Part shown: piece by piece, positions 57,643-64,000 of the stretch | Numbering within the stretch: position 1 is the stretch's first letter | Layout of the letters: each line of letters begins with the position of its first letter | Origin: an uncultured bacterium | Lineage (GTDB): Bacteria > Verrucomicrobiota > Verrucomicrobiia > Limisphaerales > UBA8199 | Direction of reading: 5' to 3' | Assembly (NCBI GenBank): GCA_963749495.1 | Contig: CAVVMW010000006.1 | Coordinates: 1,189,837 to 1,253,836 of the forward strand | DNA: 64,000 nucleotides | The notes under the pieces: generated by a model | What the model was told of the DNA's origin: nothing | Database searches by the model: none | Seen by the model: the letters and a program-made list of their open reading frames with translations, nothing else | Translations under genes and position numbers: made by a program

Positions 57643-60063
57643 TTAGCCTTTAGCCTTTAGCCTTTCCAAGGCGGCTCTGGCATCGGCGTTGTCCGGCTGG
57701 CACTGGAGCGTTTCGCGGAATTGGCGGGCCGCCTCGCTGAAGCGCCCGGCCTTGGCCAGGGCGATGCCGTAGTTGTAGTGGGCCTCGGCCCAACCGGGCA
57801 TGAGCCGCACTGCCTCAGCGAAATGGGCGAGGGCATCGGCCGGCCTTCCCGCGCGGGCCAGCTCGAGCGCCAGATTGTAGCGGGCCTCGGCCATATCCGG
57901 CCGCGACTCCACTGCGCCGGCGTAGTGAAGCAGGGCCTCATTGTGGCGGCCCTGCGCGGCGAGCGCAATGGCCAGGTCGTAGTGGGCGAGCGCGCTGGTC
58001 GGCTGCAATTCGAGCGCCTGACTGTAGAGGGCGATCGCCTCGCTGGCCCGGCCCTGGCTCGCGAGCAGTTTGGCCAGGTTAATCCGCGCGCCCACGTTGT
58101 TGGTGTCCAGGCCCAGGACCGCCCGGTATTGGGCCATGGCGCCGGGGACATCCCCCTGGCCGGCCAGCACCACGGCCAGGTTCACGCGCGGGGCGCTCAG
58201 GCGCGGCGCGGCGCCCAGAGCGGCCTGGAACTCGCGAATTGCCTGGGCCGGTTTGCCCTGCGCGGCCAAGAGCAGGCCCAGCCCGTTGAGCGCCTCGGCG
58301 CAGTTGGGTTTGCGGGCCAGGGCCTCCCGGAACAGCCGGGCGGCCTCGGCACTCCGGCCCGCCTCTTCCTCAAGCGTGCCGAGCTGGAACCACGCATCCG
58401 GCTCGTGCGGCATCAGCCGCGCGACCTCTCTCCATTGCGCAGCGGCCCCGGCGCCGTCCTCCGCCGCCTTCAGCAGCCATGCGAAATTGGCCCGCAGCAT
58501 CCAATCGTCCGGCGCCAGGGCGATCGCGGCCCGATACTCGGGGACCAGCTCCCTGGGCGCAATCGGCGTCGCCGCCAGTGTTTGCGCCAGGCGCCTGTCG
58601 CGCTCTCGGAAACTGCTTTGCGACGCAAATGGCGGCTGCTGCAGCCGCAAACGCATCCCCTGCAGCACCCGCCGACGATCGAAATCCGTGAAACCCAGCC
58701 GTCGCGCCACCTCCGCCTCGCTCAGCAGCGGCGGCAGCCGGACGCCATCGGCGGTCCCAAACACCTCCCTCTCGACCCACGGCACCAACAGCGCCGCCAG
58801 GGCATAATTGCCGCTGAAGTTCAGGTGCACGTGGTCGTAAAACAGCTCCTCGCCCGGGAGGCCGCCGCTCGAGTCCAGCCCCAGCTCCCGCTGGGCATCG
58901 ATGAGCGTGACGGGCGCTGTGGCGGCAGCCCTTTGACGGATGAGGCTGTTGAGGCGGGAATCGGCGCGGAAGCGGAGCGTATCCAGGTCGCAGGCTAGTT
59001 GGGCATCGGCCCTGGCGGCGGCGGTCTGGCCCAGCGCCAGTTCGCATCGCGCCCGGCGGAAGGCCAGCTCGGCGTAGTCCGCGTCAATGTGGGCCGCCTG
59101 CGCATAGGCGGCCAGGGCATCTGCGGGGTGTCCCTGTTCCTCGGCCTGGGCCCCGCGCGCAAGGGCCTGGTCCCACTGGCCCTGCTCGGCGGCGCTCAAC
59201 CCGGGGCGGTGCTGCGAGGCAAAGGGCGGACTGTCCCGCAGATTCACCGGCACGGTCGCCACCAGCACCTTCGCGCCCGCCCTCTTTCCGCACTCGATGA
59301 TTTCGGAGAGGTTCCGGGCGAAATGGCCATAGACCTTCTCCAGGCGCGGCTCGCCGCGCCGGACCTGCTGCGCGAGAAACATCTCCATGCCCTCCCATTG
59401 CCCCGGCCCGGAGCCGGAGAGGCCGCGCTCCAGCAGTTGGCCCAGCCGCGTCTTCTTCAACTCCAGATTCGCCCGCACCCACCCCAACCCCGGCGCCTGC
59501 CGGCCGAAAACCGTCCCGGCGCCGAACGGGCCGATGACTTCGTTGTTGCCGGCATAAATCACCCAGCAATCCCCCGCGCAGCCCGCGCAGTCGCGGGCGA
59601 TCTCAAGGAGGACGTGCGAATTGATCGCCGTTATGGCGGTGTTGATGACCTCGACCTTCCGCTCCGGGTGCCGCGCCTGCAAGAGCCGCTCCAACTGGCG
59701 TCCAAACCCGTAGGCCGGCTCCGGGTCGCCCATCGCCGCCGACTCCCCGAACAGGAAGATGCGCACCGCGCCCGCCGGCTTTTCCGCCGCCATCGACAAC
59801 GGCAGGGGCGAACGCGCAACCGCCGCGGGGAAAAACCGCCAGCCGAACTTGCGATTCTCGATCAGCACCGGCCTGCCATCGAGCCGGGCTTTCAGGAAAA
59901 ACGAGGTCGGGTAGCCCCAACCCGCCAAGCGCAGCCCCAGCTCGACCAACGCCAGCATCACCCACGGCGCCAAGACCATTCCCAGCCGCAACCACGCGCG
60001 CCTTGACGGCCCCCCCAAGGGCCCTCCTGGCTCCGCCCGTGGTGTAGGCTGCTGGGGCTTCAT
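57643..60063 (-). CDS. Membrane-anchored SGNH-like + TPR repeat protein
   Basis: 'RIFLFGESAAMG', 'YAGNNEV.GPFG', 'FYDHVH', then multiple TPR repeats. Confidence 0.85.
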   Translation of the reverse strand: MKPQQPTPRAEPGGPLGGPSRRAWLRLGMVLAPWVMLALVELGLRLAGWGYPTSFFLKARLDGRPVLIENRKFGWRFFPAAVARSPLPLSMAAEKPAGAVRIFLFGESAAMGDPEPAYGFGRQLERLLQARHPERKVEVINTAITAINSHVLLEIARDCAGCAGDCWVIYAGNNEVIGPFGAGTVFGRQAPGLGWVRANLELKKTRLGQLLERGLSGSGPGQWEGMEMFLAQQVRRGEPRLEKVYGHFARNLSEIIECGKRAGAKVLVATVPVNLRDSPPFASQHRPGLSAAEQGQWDQALARGAQAEEQGHPADALAAYAQAAHIDADYAELAFRRARCELALGQTAAARADAQLACDLDTLRFRADSRLNSLIRQRAAATAPVTLIDAQRELGLDSSGGLPGEELFYDHVHLNFSGNYALAALLVPWVEREVFGTADGVRLPPLLSEAEVARRLGFTDFDRRRVLQGMRLRLQQPPFASQSSFRERDRRLAQTLAATPIAPRELVPEYRAAIALAPDDWMLRANFAWLLKAAEDGAGAAAQWREVARLMPHEPDAWFQLGTLEEEAGRSAEAARLFREALARKPNCAEALNGLGLLLAAQGKPAQAIREFQAALGAAPRLSAPRVNLAVVLAGQGDVPGAMAQYRAVLGLDTNNVGARINLAKLLASQGRASEAIALYSQALELQPTSALAHYDLAIALAAQGRHNEALLHYAGAVESRPDMAEARYNLALELARAGRPADALAHFAEAVRLMPGWAEAHYNYGIALAKAGRFSEAARQFRETLQCQPDNADARAALERLKAKG

Positions 60064-60262
60064 TTTCGAGCCCAGGCTAACAGGCCCTCCGAAGCCAGTG
60101 AAGGCCAAACTGAAAGCGGCAGGAGACTGGCCTCCTGCTCAACGTCCTCCTGGTGTTGCTCCTCCTGGCGGGCCTGGCGGCCGTCGCGTGGTGGGCCTGG
60201 TGCATGTGCCTGAGGTGAGGCGAGGCAGCGTGGGAGCATTGGGTGAGGAACGACCCGCTCTT

Positions 60263-60458
60263 GTGTCGCGCAGCGACACAGTGACGGTAGCCGTGGACCT
60301 TGGTCCACGGTCCAGGACGCTGGAAGAACCGGGCGTCGCGTAGCGACGCCTGACTTCGAACCGGGTTTTCGGGCGTCGCTACGCAACGCGACCGAGCTTG
60401 GGCGAAGGGGTCCGTGGACTGGAAGTCCACGGCTACCATCCCGCACCGCTACGCGGTG
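60263..60458. repeat. REP-like family D copy
   Basis: Reverse-oriented relative of 26003-26221. Confidence 0.85.
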
Positions 60459-60646
60459 ATGGAGGTTACAAGAACCGTGCCAATTCTTTACAAAACCGTG
60501 ACAACCTGGGAGGTGGGAGGGGTCCTGGAAAACTGACATTGTCGCTCTGCCTGCCTGTCCTCAAGTACCATAACCCGGTTGTCAACGCCGGAACAGTCAT
60601 TTTTCTAGGACCCTTCCAGGAACATGCGAAAATGCGGGATTGAACC

Positions 60647-61045
60647 CGTTTCGCGGACTCACATTGTAAGAAAGTATAGATGTGACCCCGATTCCGCAGT
60701 GTTGTAAGAAAGTATAGATGTGACCCCGATTCCGCATTGTATGACCCCGATTCCGCATTGTAAGAAAGTATAGATGTGACCCCGATTCCTGACCCCGACG
60801 TTTCGCGGACTCACATTGTAAGAAAGTATAGATGTGACCCCGATTCGTCCTACCCATTGTAAGAAAGTATAGATGTGACCCCGATTCGTCCTACCCGTGA
60901 CCCCGATTCGTCCTACCCCGATTCGTCCTATGCCGATTCGTCCCCGATTCCGCAGTTGATGACCCCGATTCCGCAGTACGCCCCGATTCCGCAGTGCGTG
61001 ACCCCGATTCCGCAGTGCGATTCCGCATGGACCGATTCCGCATGG
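60647..61045 (+). repeat. Irregular array of nested, truncated direct repeats ending in ...TGACCCCGATTC
   Basis: Five exact copies of TTGTAAGAAAGTATAGATGTGACCCCGATTC (60664, 60702, 60758, 60816, 60857) plus 11 shorter copies. Confidence 0.92.
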
Positions 61046-61179
61046 AAACTACGCAAGTCTATCTGCACGCGAATCTCGAACTCAAGGAGCAGGCGTTAGC
61101 CAAAACGGAGCCGTTTCACGGGCGGCCAGCTCGTTATCGGCCAAACGACCGACTGCTGGCTTTCCTCCAAAGCCTCTGA
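61042..61179 (+). pseudogene. C-terminal remnant of a tyrosine recombinase (RIT-element type)
   Basis: 'ETTQVYLHANLELKEQALAKT....RYRPNDRLLAFLQSL*' includes the catalytic-Tyr motif; everything upstream is missing. Confidence 0.7.
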
Positions 61180-61315
61180 TGTAACTGTTCAGGTCCACGT
61201 GTAGAGCGCGGTCGGAGCGGGGGCGTCTCGCCCCTGCGTTCGTCGCCGCCTGCCGCTACGAGCAGGGGGCGAGGACACCCCCGCTCCGAGCGCGACCTGA
61301 ACAGTCACGACCTGT

Positions 61316-62785
61316 CTATGCCGTCGCCTGGTTATCGCCGCCGACTCGACCAGCTTCCTGTTCCGCGGCGGCACCGCATTTCATCACGGACCGGGCGCAG
61401 AGGTTAACCAGGAACGAGTTCATCTCCGGCTCCGCCTCGCGCTCGACGTAAAGGATGGCGGAGGTCGCGCACATAATGGCGCTCTTGTCCCCCGCGGCGG
61501 CAAGTTCCTTGCGATACGCCCTCAATTCGGCAACCAGTCGCCGGATCCGCTCGGGCGTGAAGATGCCTTTGGTGATCTCCTGCATGGCGGGGAGATAGAA
61601 CTGGTCAAAGGCCTTTTTTCTCCGGGCCCTCGAGGCCTTGACCCCGGGCTCCAGGGGCCCGATTTCCCCCATCATGGCTTGGAGCTTCTCGAGGAGGAGC
61701 GCTTCCCACGGCTGGATCTCTTCCGCGCCTAACAGGAGGCGGGCCGAATCCTCGCGGTTAAGCAGATCAACCGCCTTGCGGGCCATGAGCTGGAAGGTGT
61801 CCCCAGAGGTGGCCTGCAACTCCGGATGGGCATCGAGCAGGCGCTGCCAGCGCGCTGCGCTCTCGGGATCCGCCATCTCCTCGTCCAGCCACCTCTCGAC
61901 CTCTTCCGGGTCCGCATCCGGGCCAAGGTGGAACCCTGCCTCCTCGAGCACCGCGTCCCTGCTCGCGTCTTGCTCGGCGCCCCAGGCCTCCAAGCCGTAG
62001 AGGAACATGCGCCCAAGAAACGGGTTCGGGTCATCCGTCTCCTCAGCGGTCATCTGGGCGCAGAACTCGATCATGAGCGCGTCCAGGTGGCGGCCCCGCT
62101 GGATATATCCCCGCATGAGCAACAGCAGGCGCAAGGCGAGCTCGTTCCGGCGCTCTTTGGTGGCCAGGAAAAGCAGCGCTTTGCGCAGCAGCTTGCCCGT
62201 CTTTCTCGAGGCGCCATCGAGTGCCGGAACCCCCACCTCGGCGAACGCCCTCCTCAGATCCGCGGCCGTGAACCGGAAAGGGGCGAACGCCGCTTCGGCG
62301 AAAAGCGCCTTTGATTGGCGCTCGTACGCCGCCGCGTCATGGCAGAGCCTATCGAACTCGGCGTGGTACGGCTCCAGCTTCTCCGATGCGGCCTCGATCT
62401 CTTCCTGGTGAGCCAGGTAAGTCAGCAAGGTCTCGTTATCCTTAAACACGCGCCGGAGCTCCGGGTCGCGCTTGAACAGGCCCGAGCGGCTCGCCATTTT
62501 GAAAGCCTGCGCGAACTGCTTCAGCGCCCCGGGTGCCTCACCCCAATCCAGCGCCGCCTCGCCCCAATCAGGGAGCGCCTCGGGGGTTTCGTCCGCCATT
62601 GGCCCCGTCCCCTCGGGCCCTGGCTTCTCGTCCGCCCCCGGACGAAGCGGCTCGGCCGCGCGTTCGACCGAGGCGGAGACCATCGAAGAGAAGTGCGCCT
62701 GCTCGTCGATCGGCAGGTGGCACCGTTTGTATTTCTTTCCACTCCCGCAATAGCAGGGATCGTTGCGTCCGGGTCTTGCGCTCAT
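61316..62785 (-). CDS. SEC-C motif-containing hypothetical protein
   Basis: N-terminal 'GRNDPCYCGSGKKYKRCH'. Confidence 0.85.
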   Translation of the reverse strand: MSARPGRNDPCYCGSGKKYKRCHLPIDEQAHFSSMVSASVERAAEPLRPGADEKPGPEGTGPMADETPEALPDWGEAALDWGEAPGALKQFAQAFKMASRSGLFKRDPELRRVFKDNETLLTYLAHQEEIEAASEKLEPYHAEFDRLCHDAAAYERQSKALFAEAAFAPFRFTAADLRRAFAEVGVPALDGASRKTGKLLRKALLFLATKERRNELALRLLLLMRGYIQRGRHLDALMIEFCAQMTAEETDDPNPFLGRMFLYGLEAWGAEQDASRDAVLEEAGFHLGPDADPEEVERWLDEEMADPESAARWQRLLDAHPELQATSGDTFQLMARKAVDLLNREDSARLLLGAEEIQPWEALLLEKLQAMMGEIGPLEPGVKASRARRKKAFDQFYLPAMQEITKGIFTPERIRRLVAELRAYRKELAAAGDKSAIMCATSAILYVEREAEPEMNSFLVNLCARSVMKCGAAAEQEAGRVGGDNQATA

Positions 62786-62958
62786 AGTTCAATCTATGCA
62801 CCGCCGGCCCGCATGAGCGGCCAGAGAGGAATCCGCCGCCACCGCCGGCCCAGCGCGCCCAAGCATCGCATCGCCCACGCGGCGTGCAAGGGCAAAGGCT
62901 ACACGGGGAAAGGGAAAGGGGTCAGCCATAGTATGGATTCCGCTGAAAACCCCCTCAA

Positions 62959-63159
62959 TTATTTCCTCCTTGGTTTGGCGGGAGGGGCCTCCAGCCGGAC
63001 CAACCGGAGATCCGATCGCCCCAGGAGTTGCCATTGGACCAGTTCCCTGGCTCGAAGGTCCAATGCGGCCGCCAGCGGCAGGGGGATGTTCACGTAGAAC
63101 CGTGGGGGCTGTTTGCGGGATTTAATGACCTGGACCTTCATCACATATTCGGCTTGCAT
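62959..63159 (-). CDS. Small AbrB-like protein (putative)
   Basis: 'KVQVI....RFYVNIPLPLAAALDL...ELVQW' resembles a swapped-hairpin fold. Confidence 0.55.
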   Translation of the reverse strand: MQAEYVMKVQVIKSRKQPPRFYVNIPLPLAAALDLRARELVQWQLLGRSDLRLVRLEAPPAKPRRK

Positions 63160-63226
63160 TTCCTTATGCTACCCCATAGGGTAGCCGCATGTCCAGCGCC
63201 AATCATTGGTCTTGGGGAGCCCGGCT

Positions 63227-64000
63227 ATGAGCTTGCCCGACTTCTCGACCCAGGGGGAGCTCTTCTCTACGGCGGGGCTCTCGGCCAGCATGTTCGCCCC
63301 CACTGACCGCTACCGCCTCTTTGCCAAAGTGGTTTACCCGCGCCTAGTGGCGGCTCGGGCCACTTTGGAAAAGTGCTACTGTCTGGAGAACGGGCGTGTG
63401 GCCCTGGAGCCGGTCTTCATGCTGGGCACCAGCATCCTTCAATACCTGGACGGGGTGCCCGACCGGCAAGCCGTCGAGATGCTCCAGTACCACGCGGGGT
63501 GGAACTTTGCCTTGAACCGGCAGTTGGGCGATCCGGTGTTCCACCCCACCAGCTTGGGCAATTTCCGCGACCGTCTGGAGGAGTGCCGGCAGAGTGCCTT
63601 GGGCTTCACGACAATTTTGGACGCCTTGGAGAAAGCGGGTTTGGTCTCTCGGCAGAGTCGTCAGCGACTGGACTCCACCCAGATGTTCGGGCGGGTAGCC
63701 AAGATGAGCCGGCTGGACTGCGTGCGGGAAAGCTTGCGGCTGGCCCTCCATGAACTGGCGGAGGCGCTGCCGGCCGATGCGCGCCCACGCTTTTGGGTCG
63801 GGCTGTGGGAACGCTATGTGGAGAGCCAAGTGGACTACCGGGCCAGCGCTGAGACGCTGGGACGCAAGTTAGCGGAGGCGGGCAGCGATGCGTGGCAACT
63901 GCTGGAGTGGCTGGGCCAGCCCGAGCCATCGCGGGCGGCGGCTGGACCCCAGGTGGAGTTGTTGCGGCGGGTTTTTGCCGAACAATTCGACGTGCGCGCT
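63227..64000 (+). CDS. IS1182/IS5-like DDE transposase (DUF772-type N-terminus), 3' partial
   Basis: Translated by hand from ATG 63227: 'GRVALEP', 'LQYLDGVPDRQAVE', 'W.FAL', 'FHPTSLGNFRDRL', 'QRLDST'. Runs off the window. Confidence 0.85.
   Translation, partial: MSLPDFSTQGELFSTAGLSASMFAPTDRYRLFAKVVYPRLVAARATLEKCYCLENGRVALEPVFMLGTSILQYLDGVPDRQAVEMLQYHAGWNFALNRQLGDPVFHPTSLGNFRDRLEECRQSALGFTTILDALEKAGLVSRQSRQRLDSTQMFGRVAKMSRLDCVRESLRLALHELAEALPADARPRFWVGLWERYVESQVDYRASAETLGRKLAEAGSDAWQLLEWLGQPEPSRAAAGPQVELLRRVFAEQFDVRA

Noticed and set aside
60520..60613. Inverted repeat GGGTCCTGGAAAACTGAC / GTCATTTTTCTAGGACCC (16/18) as an ncRNA or MITE
   Set aside because: Single copy with no clear TSD or family evidence. 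It may belong to the adjacent array element but cannot be supported alone.
60647..61045. CRISPR array
   Set aside because: The 31-bp repeat is separated by 7-27 nt made of repeat fragments rather than unique constant-length spacers, and no cas genes are present.
1..64000. tRNA, rRNA or prophage genes
   Set aside because: No recognisable cloverleaf, rRNA or phage structural genes were seen by eye; tRNAscan/Infernal were not run.

Overview
High-GC bacterial chromosomal window. Protein style (Bat/MoxR-VWA operon, LamG/Fn3 secreted proteins, GH29 and DUF5703 glycosidases) suggests Verrucomicrobiota; this is an inference. Core and accessory genes include a gltD-like oxidoreductase, GH29 fucosidase, DUF5703 hydrolase, a double-cubane-type reductase, a MoxR/DUF58/VWA operon interleaved with an ABC transporter, folP-like and egtD-like genes, a three-gene sensor kinase/response regulator cluster, ruvB, recG and a TPR protein. 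Mobile DNA is dense. It includes a putative type II R-M pair, a complete two-ORF IS4-like element (25-bp IRs, 10-bp TSD), a full group II intron, a tyrosine recombinase + IS91-type HUH/Y2 element, an integrase remnant and a partial IS1182/IS5-like transposase. Three signals stand out. (1) The recombinase/Y2 element has an attC-like folded right end that is completed only in the circular form, and it sits precisely inside a REP-like palindrome. (2) At least six different 7-bp tandem-repeat families recur, often as inverted pairs, and are inserted in frame into RecG, a histidine kinase and a permease. (3) A 'stutter' array of 16 variably truncated copies of one end motif lies at 60.6-61.0 kb. 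About a dozen single-base frameshifts in unrelated genes are most likely sequencing indels.
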